A stretch of DNA of 64,000 nucleotides from Eledone cirrhosa (lineage: Eukaryota). A program made the position numbers and the translations under genes. The DNA lies in NCBI GenBank assembly GCA_964016885.1, contig OZ024745.1:86242001-86306000 (forward strand), read 5' to 3'. Under the pieces are notes generated by a model, which saw nothing but the letters and a program-made list of their open reading frames with translations, was not told the DNA's origin and searched no databases. The number at the start of each line of letters is the position of its first letter. Positions within the stretch are counted from its first letter, which is position 1. Shown here one piece after another: positions 54,605 to 62,870 of the stretch.

Positions 54605-57600
54605 TGAATGAATGTATTTTTTCCTTCAGATCCTTTTGCAAGAGTATCATTCCTTAAACAAAGTATGGTTACTGAGCCATTTAAGAAATCACTTTGTCCA
54701 ACCTGGGACCAGACCTTGATCTTTGAGCAAATAGAAATTCATGGTAACCCTCAGAATCTAGAATTGCAGCCTCCAGATATTTATATGGAGTTATTTGACC
54801 ATGACATGTTTGTAAGTACCTAGTTTTTGATCACATGTTTGTAAGAACCTAATTCTTGACCACGACACATTTGTAAGTACCTAATTCTTGACTACGACAT
54901 GTTTATAAGTATATACTACTTCATTTATATAGAGGTTTTTTTAATCATTTTATCTCTAAAATTGTAAAGGTTAGTCTTCTGGATGGATTAAATCCCCAAC
55001 TTTGTTTCCAAAGCATTTTAGTTTATTTGGAGAGTTTGTTAGTTTTATGTTTTCATAGTAGTAAATACTTTAGTATGGAGACGCGTAGCCAAATGGTAAG
55101 GGCATTGGACTTACGATCATAATGTTGTAAGTTCAATTCTTTGGCTGGGTTGTGAGTTGTGTTCTTGAGTAAAATACTTCATTTCATGTTGCTCCAGTAT
55201 ATTCAGCTGAAAATAAATGAGTACCAGCAATAGCTGGGGGTTTAACCTTAAGATGGACTGGCGTCCTATCCAGAGATTGTCTAGTACTCTGTCGCTTCAT
55301 GCTATGGAAACTAGGATAAGCACCGGCCTGATGAGCCTCCAGGCTCGAGACAGACTTTAGGCATTAGACATACTTTAGTAGCATTAGCAAGTTCAGTGAA
55401 AGCAGGGAGATATGTAGTCTTGACAACCACTAATAAGTGGTCAATTACTTCTTCCTGCTTTTGCTGTGGCAAGGTGTGCGACATTGGTCACAAACTTTAA
55501 AATTCATAGTGAAAGGCCTTCAAATGTTTTTCATAAATATCCTGTTTAAGACTGGATGCCCATGGGAACTTCTCTATGCTGATGATCTGGCTCTTATAGC
55601 AGAATCAGTAGAGGAGCTAGAGAATAAATTCTGGCTATGGAAACAGCAGTTGGAATCAAGAGGACTGAGTGACATAGCTAAGACAAAAGTGTTAAGTAGA
55701 AGAGAGCCTGTCTAAACCCATGCTAGCGTGGAAGATAGACGTTAAACGATGATGATGATGATCCCGTATATTATTCAATATACAATACGTACATGATACA
55801 GTTACTTTTTAATGTTATTACAACAAAAACACTGGCCCTTATACAATATACACAAAGAAATAATCTTTTGCAAAACCAACCAGAAGATATTAATGAGATC
55901 CATGGTTGGAGTATTATAGAAATTCTAAAGCTGACTTTTGATGAGGGGCAAAGAAGTTAACACAACCAAAACTGGAGTTTGCCAAGTTAGTCAATGAAAC
56001 AAGCTTGCCTCAAGGATGTCAAAGATGTTGAAGGAGGATCTCACTGAACAAAATAAGTTGTGTCCCTTAACCATTCAAACCGGCCATATCCGGCCAAAAT
56101 TCTCTCACCTCTTTCCATTCAAACCGGCTGTAACTTGCCACTCCTATTGATGTTAAGGTATTGTTCTCAAAATATATATCAAAATCTCATAGATTCGATA
56201 TTATGTGAGATAAAACCTTTTCTGTAAAAATACAATAGTAAATATAGAGTAATGTGAATGCTAAAGGGTGAAGGATCATAGCACAAAACTTTGAATGGTA
56301 TTTTTTAAATCTTTGGTAATAGTATAGATAAATTTCTAAATATATCTTATAGAATGCTGTACAGATTTATTGAGAGATAATTCTAAGATTAGTATTCCAT
56401 TGTTTAATAATGGTAATAGTTTGATATTGTTAGACTTTTTTGTTGTACAGACTTTCTGTTATGAAGGCTGTTTGTGTGTGTATCTGGCAAATCTCGCTGT
56501 TCAATAACAAGTCTATTACATTCACAGAACATTTCTTTAGTTTAAAAAAATGAATACGTCTTTCTTTTATCAAACTACATTGTGTATGTTTTCTAGCAAG
56601 AACTTAATAAATATCTGGTGTTGATGTTACATTGTATAAAATATTGTTGATCAGAAGCTTGGAGGAAAACCTGGAAAGCCATCCAGTTAAAGTTACATTT
56701 CAATCTTTTCAATGATATTACTTTATTACTTGATATTTCTAAAATGTGCTTTTCTGCAGGGCAAACCTGAATTTCTTGGCCGAGCAAAAGCCACCCCAAT
56801 GGTAAAGCTTGATCCTGCAGATGCTCGAAACCCAGTTTTACAATGGTACCCTGTTAATAAGCATGATACTTCAAAAGGAGAAATTCTTGCTGCTTTTGAA
56901 TTGTTCTTGGTGAGTTGTAATTTTTAAAAAATATAATTTGATTGTTGTAAAGTAAAACTGCAGTATTTTTCATGGAAGTTATATTTCTTTAACACAGATA
57001 TGGTAATCTTTTGTTCTATTTAACTTATTAATTAAATTTGTTTTTATTTAAATTGTTTAAGTGTTTTTTTTTTTATAGATATGAAGTCTCTATTTTAAAT
57101 GTTTTGGTGTTCATTTCTTTCCTGAAGGGATTAGTAATGTGATTCGAGTTGGGGATAAAATAAATTCTACTGTTCCTTCTTCTAATGATTCCTTCCCCAA
57201 GACTGATATATTTTAGGGACAAGAATTCATCAGTTTGTTCACCCCCTTACTTATGTGTTAGTATCACTACATAGTAAGAATTAAAACATACATAGATTGA
57301 TAAAGTGTTGTAGTTTGCTTGAAGCATTGTGGAATATGAGATACAAATATGACTAGGAAATAAGTTTGGTTACTTGGAAGCTTGACAATGTGTGTTGGGG
57401 AAAAGTGCCAAGGTAATAAAAATTTTAGTAAGTAGATAGAGGAATAAAATGAACTGAAATAAGAGTGAGGACGAAAGTTACCTTAGCAATTTTAATGATC
57501 CCAAATATTTTCGGATTTTCCATCCATTATCAAGAGGAGAACGTAAGAGAGAAACCTGAGAAATGTCATAGGCGGATGTTAGATTTAATTAGAATAAAAA

Positions 57601-60600
57601 AAACATTAAAGTTTAATGTTGTTTGTGCATGTGTATAAGAAGAACATATGTGAGTATGATATATGTGTGTGCATGGGTATAAGTGTTTGTGTAGTGAGGA
57701 ACAGATTTTTAGGGTTGCTTTCACCAAAACCTCTTTATTACACAATCTTAACCACAACAATTATAATGTTTCAATTAGAGATGAAGTTTTAGGCTTCCAG
57801 TTAAATAATCTCCTTCTGCAATAGGTTAAACATTGTTTTAATATGGTTCCTAGTATTTCATGACTGCCAGTAAATATTTCAAAGGTAGTCTTGTTTCCTT
57901 TAAGGTCATTATTCACATGATTACAAATCACCCTATTTTAATTACATAGCCACATTGATTATCAATTGACTCAAGGAACATTTCTGTTAAAAACTATCAC
58001 AACTTGCTTAGTTTCATAAGAGTTAATTAATTCAGTTGATTTGACTTTAGATTGAAGCTACCTCTTGATTTGGCAGCAAACGGAGGCAGGGTTGCCCCAG
58101 AATCACCTGGCGACGAACATTCCAAAAAAATCTGATGGCAGTTAACATCACTTGGCATGGACACGATCATGATTGTTGGCAACTATTTACTGCTTGATGC
58201 ACCGAAAGGTGCAGAAGAACCTAAGACTAAGACTTGATTTGGATACCATCTTGTACCTTAGTTTCTTTGTTAACCTGAATCTGTATAAGGATTTATTAAT
58301 TAGCTATGAATTAATTAAGTTTTATGAAACTAAGAAGCAAGTTGTGACAGTTTTTAACAGAACTGTTCCTTAGGTCAATTGATAGTTAATGTGGCTATAT
58401 AATTAAAATGGGCAAGTGACTTGTATTCAAGTGAATAATGACCTTAAAGGAAACAAAACTGCCTTTGAAATATTTAATGGTAGTCATGAAATACTATGAA
58501 ACCTTATTAAAATATTAAAGTAGAGTTCACCAAAGAATTTTCTTTGGGCTGTTTTTGTTTAAGAATATATAAGTTGTAGAAGTAAAAAAATACTGTACAT
58601 GTCATTTAAAGAGAGAAATATGCTAAAAGATGTGTGTGAAGAGAATGTGAAAGAGTAAGGAAATAGAGACATGACAGCTTCTGACTATCTGGTTGGTCAA
58701 AAATAGCCAACCACGGCTGGCAGTCGTGGGTGACTATTGTGTGGTTGAGCGGGACAAAAAAAAATGATTGCTATTGTTTTGTTTGCCTTTAAATAACCAT
58801 GGGTGACATTAGGATTAATTTTTGTTGAAAATGACGAACATCAAATATAGAAAATATGCCGTCTTTGTACCTTACCAAAATTCACCTAATATTTTCTCAG
58901 CTGTGTTAAGTGAAGCTGTTCCAGATGAAGAGCAGCAATGGATAATGACATTTGTATGACATTTATTAAATACAGAATATTTGCCATCTTGAAATAGTTT
59001 GGGATACTTCAGCATTGTACAATTGAAACTGAAGAAATTAATGTAATTTTGTGGCGCTAACTTCTAACTTCATACTTATTTCAGATAACACCTGGTAAAG
59101 ATCTTCCATTCTTACCACCAAAACGAGGAGAATTATACCAAGTCCCCAATGGGATTAGACCAGTTCTACAGAGGACTGGAATTGAGGTAAACCATTTTTT
59201 TCTCACTATAATCTAATATTCTTTTCGAATATGGAGTATTAAAATTGTTTTATTATATTATTAAAATGTTTGTACTCTTTGAAATAATTATTGCATTTCC
59301 CAGTGCCGAAGACGCTTCATCCTCGAGGACGCACCCTAATTTTGACAATTAAAAATTTGAAAAAAAATAATAAACAACCTTCGGCCTCCAAGACGCATGG
59401 TAGATTTTTTATACTTACTTTTAGGAAAAAAAGTAGCGTCTTCAACACCAGCAAATACAGTAGTTAGAAGTTTTCAGCAGCTATAGCTATTAAAATTCAA
59501 CTTTTGTAGTTGATTAAAACTAAATTATTTTCAATAATCTAAAATATATTTACATCAAATTCATGTTCTTATGTCATACACCCAATTGATACTGAGTTGT
59601 CTGTTGATGCAAGACACATTTCACATTCAACATGCCAGCTTTTCTCTTTGTGTACCTCTCTTCCTTATATTACAAAGTTTCTTTCCTTAAATTTGTCACT
59701 ACCAACCTCAATCCTGTTATTGTCTCTCTCAATTTTGTCATTGTCTGTTTCAATCTTATTAGCCATCATAATTTTCTTATCAACTTTGATTTTGCCATTA
59801 CTTTAGGACTGAGAATTTTCATTATTTTGAAAAGTGAAGCATAGACAAATTTTAGGGAGAATCCTTAATATTTAGACACCTGTCTTTTTAATGGGAGATA
59901 CTGTGAACTTGGATATGCTTTAGAAATGCAATTTGTTGAACAGCACATTCACTTCATCATCCAACATGACCAGTTTACAGTGTGGGCTGGGTGCTTTTTG
60001 TTGTGACACCTACACGACCACTTTACAGTTGGACTGGGTGTTTTTTGTCGTGACACCTACATGACCACCTTACAGTGTGGGCTGGATATATTTTGTTCAC
60101 AGTGTAAGGATGGTGTGGGAGTATAGTGGTTAAGAGGTGCCTAATAGGTGTATGTGCGCATGGGAAGGCGTGCCTTCTGTATTACTGCATACATGTAAAA
60201 GAATATTCTTTATTTGTTGTAATATTTACGATTTTCATTGTCCTGGTCTTTTATCAATGGAAACTCTGCTAATGTATTAATTAAAAATATGGCACATTTA
60301 CTATTGTAATGTATTTCACACTTAATGACACTTTATTATTGTAAATTTTTCAATTTGAAAATTAAATGTTTTAATATTTTTAATGTTTCATTTTCAGTTT
60401 TTGGTATGGGGTGTGCGTAACATGAAGAGATTCCAGCTTTTAGAAGTAAATTCTCCTAGTATTGAGTTTGAAATAGGTGGAAACACTGTGGACTCAACTG
60501 TCATCAAGGATACAAAGAAAAATCCTAATTTCACTGATCCTTTACTGTTCCTTAATGTGGTAGGTGATGTTTGAACCCTTTTATTGTGGTTTGAACCCTT

Positions 60601-61981
60601 TTATTGTGGTTTGAACCCTTTTACTGTGGTTTGGACCCTTTTACTGTGGTGTTTGGACCCTTTTACTGTGCTGTTTGAACCCTTTTAGTGTTGTTTTGAT
60701 GATCACTCTTTGAAAGTTGGAATAAATTTCTCACTTAAACAGTATAATATCATCATTGTCATTTTAGCATCCGCTTTCCTAAGAAATTAAACTGTCTTAT
60801 CAGACCAAACACAACAATAATTGACATTTGTGAATTAGAACTAAAAATATATTGACTTTGTATTTTACGTTTTATACAAACTGAAATGAAAATTATGTAA
60901 AATTTAGACACAAATATTTTTATAAGTCACATAGACCTGATTATGTGGTTGGGTTAAGGGAATTAAACAGTTCATTTTTTTATATAAAATACTAGTTAGT
61001 CATCAATGACTGTATTAGAAAAGTCAGGTACATATTCTTCTGCAAGATAAACTGAGACATATAGAATTACCATGTCAAATTCTTCTACAAAATAAACCAA
61101 GATATGTAGAATTATAAGGCAAAATTCTTTTGCAAGAGAAACGTGTAGAATTATAATGTCCAAAGGCCCAACAAAATTCCTGCATTGAGTTATGAATTTC
61201 ACATCCCAAGACCCTATTGTGCAAGATGTCTACATAGACAAGTCAGCTGCAGTGCATTTAACTCTTTACATCCTGTCATGAATTAGCAGAAAATATCTAA
61301 AAACTAGTTTGTTAATTCAAATGTTTATAGTATCTTTACTGGTGGACAGATCATTGTAAAAATTTGCAATAAACTGAAGACTTTAATTTTTAATGTGATG
61401 CCATCATAGTGCTGTTTCATAATTTACAAGAATGTGTTGCTAAATGTGGTTTCATGCAGTACAGGACGTTAAGAGTTAACTAAATCAAAATATCTTCATG
61501 AAAAGAAACCAATTTAACTCTTTCGCATTTAAAACGGTCGTATCTGGTCAGAATTCTCTCATCTCTCTCTATTCAAACTGGCCTTAACCAGCCTCTCATA
61601 CTGGTGTTAAGTTATTGTTCTCAAAATAAATATCAAAATCTCAAAGATTCGAAATTATGTGAGGTAAAGCCTTTACCATGAAAATATAATAGTAAATATA
61701 GAGTAATGTAAATGCTAAAGGGTTAAGCAAGTCTTTTCACTAATGATTGTTATTTATTTATGTAAGTTAGCTTCATATATCAATTTTAACAGTGTCTTAT
61801 TTCTTCTGTTTCTTGTAGATGTTGCCAAAAGAAGAGCATTATATGCCGCCACTGAATATCCGTGTTAAAGATCATCGTCAGTTTGGTCGTAAACCAACTG
61901 TTGGTGTTTACACTATCAAAAGTTTAGAGAATTTCCGCCATATTCTAATTGAACAAGCTCCGGAACAGCCACCTGGTCAAG
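10213..61981 (+). CDS. MYOF: Type-I ferlin (myoferlin/dysferlin-like), partial gene: 21 coding exons, 5' and 3' ends outside window
   Basis: 21 AG/GT-bounded exons join in continuous phase with no stop (2691 nt). Ferlin motifs: [48 protein letters not shown] (FerB), YENQ/WEGDW/RRRRW (nested DysF), [11 protein letters not shown] (C2D), [27 protein letters not shown]. Symbol is by family; MYOF vs DYSF orthology cannot be resolved. Confidence 0.95.
12768..12881 (+). CDS. MYOF: Ferlin exon: [38 protein letters not shown]
   Basis: ttcag|GGA...CAG|gttaat; GEGVAYRGR motif; 38 codons. Confidence 0.95.
13397..13496 (+). CDS. MYOF: Ferlin exon: [33 protein letters not shown](G)
   Basis: atcag|AAA...ATTG|gtgag; phase continuous. 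Confidence 0.95.
16203..16405 (+). CDS. MYOF: Ferlin exon: (G)[34 protein letters not shown]...RIIDLL
   Basis: ctag|GT...TTG|gtaagt; [16 protein letters not shown] and WEDIS motifs. Confidence 0.96.
16933..17359 (-). repeat. 3' LTR of the Gypsy element (about 427 bp)
   Basis: On the minus strand begins TGTAGT after a purine-rich GGCAGGAGA and ends ATTACA; contains AATAAA. Confidence 0.65.
17584..21398 (-). pseudogene. Gypsy gag-pol, frameshifted and with stops
   Basis: ORF fragments 21213-21398, 20732-21208, 20617-20814 (gag, CYYH..YG...C), 19913-20653 (PR), 19764-19979 and 19336-20142 (RT), 18334-19314 (RH/IN), 17929-18246, 17584-17901. Confidence 0.92.
22498..23111. mobile_element. Head-to-head pair of tRNA-derived CORE-type SINEs with RTE tail; other copies at ~6025-6180(-), 8445-8608(-), 25162-25600(-), 49858-50185(+), 63850-64000(+)
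   Basis: A box TGGCTTAGTGG, B box GAGTTCAATTC, CCTTGAGCAAGACACTT core, GGAAGGGCATCC, RTE-type tail; arms meet at a CCTC loop 22812-22815. Confidence 0.85.
24225..24331 (+). CDS. MYOF: Ferlin exon (FerA region): [35 protein letters not shown](K)
   Basis: gtag|GAA...TTGAA|gtaagc; phase 0 to 2 fits neighbours. Confidence 0.88.
26010..26855. mobile_element. Cluster of ~6 tRNA-derived Nin/Deu-domain-like SINEs; single copies also near 4775, 8013, 11675, 15115, 22262(-), 23825, 30410, 32173, 35748-36295, 36724, 38345(-), 42468
   Basis: Repeated GGCAGTATCGGTAGAG..GAGTTCAAATCC..GCCTTTCATCCTTACGGGGTCGATAAAATAAAGTACCAG..(ATT)n. Confidence 0.85.
26952..27147 (+). CDS. MYOF: Ferlin exon (FerA): [21 protein letters not shown]...LKGLAIE
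   Basis: ttag|G...GAG|gtaagt; helical FerA-like segment, phase 2 to 0. Confidence 0.92.
27300..27610 (+). mobile_element. Dispersed repeat, putative non-autonomous Helitron-like; copies at ~10770-11070(-), 25650-25800, 30090-30410
   Basis: Shared 5' TCTATATATAAATTT start, internal hairpin GAGGAGTAGT/ACTACTCCTC, then (TG)-rich tract; 3' CTAG end not established. Confidence 0.45.
28600..29075 (-). mobile_element. CR1-clade LINE 3' fragment
   Basis: ..[34 protein letters not shown]-terminal motif; (ATT)n tail. Confidence 0.8.
29152..29304 (+). CDS. MYOF: Ferlin exon (FerB): [32 protein letters not shown]...[10 protein letters not shown]
   Basis: ttag|CCT...AAA|gtaagt; FerB hallmark. Confidence 0.96.
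29931..30071 (+). CDS. MYOF: Ferlin exon (FerB end): [24 protein letters not shown]...AVFAET
   Basis: cttag|TAT...ACT|gtaagt; 47 codons. Confidence 0.95.
32570..35747 (+). mobile_element. Near full-length RTE-clade LINE (APE endonuclease + RT + PHD finger), frameshifted
   Basis: 5'UTR GGAAGGGCATCC; [30 protein letters not shown] (APE); [29 protein letters not shown] (RT); LRWYGHV, GRPRKTW; (GAT)n tail. Confidence 0.93.
36327..36413 (+). CDS. MYOF: Ferlin exon (outer DysF-N): [29 protein letters not shown]
   Basis: ctcag|TAT...AAG|gtaagt. Confidence 0.95.
37045..37378 (+). mobile_element. CRE-clade (restriction-like endonuclease) non-LTR retrotransposon 3' fragment
   Basis: Frame from 37105 reads [31 protein letters not shown], resembling the CRE C-terminal 'L.QR.S.AIQRGNA' motif; AATAAA at end. 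Confidence 0.6.
37620..38110 (-). mobile_element. CR1-clade LINE 3' fragment (same family as 28600)
   Basis: [34 protein letters not shown]. Confidence 0.82.
39062..39141 (+). CDS. MYOF: Ferlin exon (DysF): [26 protein letters not shown](S)
   Basis: ttag|TTA...CAG|gtaagt; PP.GW.WEGDW motif. Confidence 0.95.
39229..39526. mobile_element. Tc1/mariner-pogo (Tigger-like) MITE
   Basis: TA flanks; imperfect TIR CAGTTGTCCCCAGGTAGTCGCGGG / CCTGCGAATAACCGGGGGTATACTG. Confidence 0.7.
39563..40856 (-). mobile_element. 5'-truncated RTE LINE (second subfamily) with PHD finger and composite 3' end
   Basis: WELLYADD; [28 protein letters not shown]; YLG; LRWYGHV; GRPKKTW. Confidence 0.9.
41535..41790 (-). 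mobile_element. RTE-like LINE 3' fragment (related piece at ~16450-16570 +)
   Basis: [15 protein letters not shown] followed by a GRP..RW-type segment; (AAG)n tail. Confidence 0.55.
42322..42436 (+). CDS. MYOF: Ferlin exon (inner DysF-N): [38 protein letters not shown]
   Basis: catag|C...GTG|gtaagt; DAGH and EEVYEN motifs. Confidence 0.95.
42810..43280 (+). mobile_element. RTEX-like LINE 3' fragment
   Basis: [30 protein letters not shown] zinc-knuckle; ends GGACACGACAAGAAAG. Confidence 0.6.
43865..43967 (+). CDS. MYOF: Ferlin exon (inner DysF): [34 protein letters not shown](G)
   Basis: ttcag|AAA...GAAG|gtaaat. Confidence 0.95.
44283..44500. mobile_element. Penelope-type inverted pseudo-LTR remnant in (TA)n with hammerhead-like cores
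   Basis: ~66-bp arms around a GCTTT loop (44356-44360); TTGATGA-stem-GAAAC..GTC. Confidence 0.55.
44879..45009 (+). CDS. MYOF: Ferlin exon (inner DysF-C): [31 protein letters not shown]...QKR
   Basis: atcag|GC...AGG|gtattt; RRRRWVR motif. Confidence 0.93.
45075..45863 (-). mobile_element. piggyBac transposon 5' remnant (PGBD4-like transposase N-terminus, frameshifted)
   Basis: TTAA-CCCTTTAG terminus at 45863-45852; acidic N-term SDTDFEGF; LDYFFLF..VAEEINR; EMQAFF..I.FGIKQFP.LWNYW..IMP..YLHLVD. Confidence 0.82.
46009..46173 (+). CDS. MYOF: Ferlin exon (outer DysF-C): [22 protein letters not shown]...RRRRWHRKM...VAE
   Basis: ttcag|GAA...GAG|gtaaaa; EGWEYA and RRRRW motifs. Confidence 0.95.
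47010..47210. repeat. Tandem repeat, ~70-75-bp unit, about 3 copies
   Basis: AAATATGGTATATTGTTAG(C/A)TATGTCACTT at ~47010, ~47086, ~47157. Confidence 0.8.
47763..47820 (+). CDS. MYOF: Ferlin exon: [19 protein letters not shown](E)
   Basis: tatag|GAT...GGAG|gtaagt; supplies the required phase 0 to 1 link. Confidence 0.88.
49185..49349. mobile_element. piggyBac-type MITE nested in an RTE-SINE tail
   Basis: TTAA duplicated inside the tail: GGACA-TTAA[MITE]TTAA-ACAAG(GAT)n. Confidence 0.78.
49397..49474 (+). CDS. MYOF: Ferlin exon (C2D start): [25 protein letters not shown](D)
   Basis: ttcag|AA...TCAG|gtatta; C2 Ca-binding loop motif. Confidence 0.95.
50192..50292. mobile_element. Small Tc1/mariner-like MITE
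   Basis: Imperfect TIRs CAGCATGTCCCCAAAAAGTGTATAC / GTATACATTTTGGGGGAAAATCCT. Confidence 0.5.
50457..50511 (-). ncRNA. Minimal type-I hammerhead ribozyme motif (Penelope-type)
   Basis: Minus strand: ACUGC-CUGAAGA-GGUCACAGCCA-AAGA-UGGCUGUCACC-GAAA-UAUAUA-GA-GCAGU-AAUAAA; stem II 10 of 11 pairs. Confidence 0.7.
51505..52305 (+). pseudogene. Penelope-like ORF C-terminal part: post-RT linker + GIY-YIG endonuclease (disrupted)
   Basis: [26 protein letters not shown]; [34 protein letters not shown]. Confidence 0.85.
53287..54572 (-). mobile_element. 5'-truncated RTE LINE with intact PHD finger (same family as 32570-35747)
   Basis: [57 protein letters not shown]; (GAT)n tail. Confidence 0.92.
54630..54811 (+). 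CDS. MYOF: Ferlin exon (C2D): [15 protein letters not shown]...[10 protein letters not shown]...ELFDHDMF
   Basis: ttcag|AT...TTT|gtaagt. Confidence 0.96.
54795..54912 (+). repeat. ~30-bp tandem repeat spanning an exon/intron boundary (4 copies)
   Basis: TTGACCAYGACAYRTTT-GTAAGTACCTARTT unit. Confidence 0.85.
55076..55360 (+). mobile_element. tRNA-derived SINE (CORE/Meta/V-like body), distinct family
   Basis: A/B-box head, CTTGAGTAAAATACTT core, GATGGACTGGCGTCCTATCCAG and CCGGCCTGATGAGCC tail. Confidence 0.65.
55545..55762 (+). mobile_element. Internally deleted RTE fragment (RT YADD segment joined directly to a 3' tail)
   Basis: [21 protein letters not shown].. then CCCATGCTAGCGTGGAA..(GAT)n. 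Confidence 0.8.
56760..56909 (+). CDS. MYOF: Ferlin exon (C2D end): [13 protein letters not shown]...LQWYPV...[11 protein letters not shown]
   Basis: tgcag|GGC...TTG|gtgagt. Confidence 0.96.
57836..58512. mobile_element. Foldback/MITE with ~200-bp terminal inverted repeats
   Basis: 57836-58035 is the reverse complement of 58305-58512. Confidence 0.8.
59085..59186 (+). CDS. MYOF: Ferlin exon: [34 protein letters not shown]
   Basis: ttcag|ATA...GAG|gtaaac. Confidence 0.95.
59292..59461. mobile_element. Degenerate pogo/Tc2-like MITE
   Basis: CATTTCCCAGTGCCGAAGACGC ... GCGTCTTCAACACCAGCAAATACAGTA termini. Confidence 0.5.
60398..60559 (+). CDS. MYOF: Ferlin exon (next C2 domain): [28 protein letters not shown]...[15 protein letters not shown]
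   Basis: ttcag|TTT...GTG|gtaggt. Confidence 0.95.
60569..60692 (+). repeat. 20-22-bp minisatellite (GTTTGAACCCTTTTATTGTG) x~6 directly after a splice donor
   Basis: Visible tandem units. Confidence 0.85.
61514..61726. mobile_element. piggyBac-type MITE
   Basis: TTAA TSDs; AAATGCTAAAGGG terminus. Confidence 0.78.
61819..61981 (+). CDS. MYOF: Ferlin exon: [29 protein letters not shown]...PPGQ(G)
   Basis: tgtag|ATG...CAAG|gtaggg; 3' boundary less certain because the next exon is not identified in the window. Confidence 0.9.
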
Positions 61982-62024
61982 GTAGGGGCAACAGTGCATT
62001 TTGACTGATATTGTACTAAACTGG

Positions 62025-62254
62025 TTAACCCTTTAGCATTTAAACTAGCCATATCTGGCCAGAATTCTCTCACCTCTTTCTGCTCAAACAAGCCGTAACT
62101 GGTTGCTCATACTGACGTTAAGGTATTGTTCTGAAAATGAATAATATCAAAATCTCATAGATTCAATATTATGTAAGATAATTATGTAAGATAAAGCCTT
62201 AACCACAAAAAATACAATAATATATAGAGAGTAATGTAAATGCTAAAAGGTTAA
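62025..62254. mobile_element. piggyBac-type MITE
   Basis: TTAA-CCCTTTAGCATTTA ... TAAATGCTAAAAGG-TTAA. Confidence 0.8.
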
Positions 62255-62644
62255 ATTGTTTGTGTGGTGGGATGTGGTGGTGCTACTGGTAAAGGAATAT
62301 AGACATTTCTATATTTTCTTTACATGGAGGGTTTGTAATAATTGCGGATCTTTCTAATGCCATTTTTTAAATTATGAAACAGCCATGAAATAAATGTACT
62401 CTTAGGTATTCGTGTAGCAAGTTTTATACTATTCGTTCACTGATATCATCAGTTTAATACTGAAAAAGTATTTCAGTGAAAATACTTCATTCTTTCTCTG
62501 CCAGAAATACTGTTTAGCACTGTAATTCCATAGTTACTCATGTAGAGTTTTATCCAATCTATTACGTGCATAACATCTCAAGGTTCTGTCGTAGAGATTT
62601 ATTCTAGTAGACTAATACAAGCATAGAACAGCAGATGTAAAATG

Positions 62645-62870
62645 ATGAGGATGACCGCTGAGTAAAGAAGTGCCAAGAAATCCCAGTAGAAGGAAGACGC
62701 AGTAGAGGAAGACCACGAAAAACATGGGTGAAGGTGGTGAGAGCAGACCTCAGATCGCTGAAGCTCATAGAGGAGATGACAAAGGACCGTGACAAGTGGA
62801 GAGATGCTGTGCTGAATAAGACCTGTCCCACCCTTGCAAGCAAGGAAAAGCGGACATAAAATGATGATGA
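62645..62870 (+). mobile_element. RTE LINE 3' fragment; an inverted relative lies at 63335-63580 (-), others at ~6200-6370 and 44060-44215
   Basis: [34 protein letters not shown]; RTE tail. Confidence 0.8.

Noticed and set aside
55325-55358. Hammerhead candidate CTGATGAG-hairpin
   Set aside because: Followed by TCGAGAC rather than GAAA; it is an ordinary SINE 3' hairpin.
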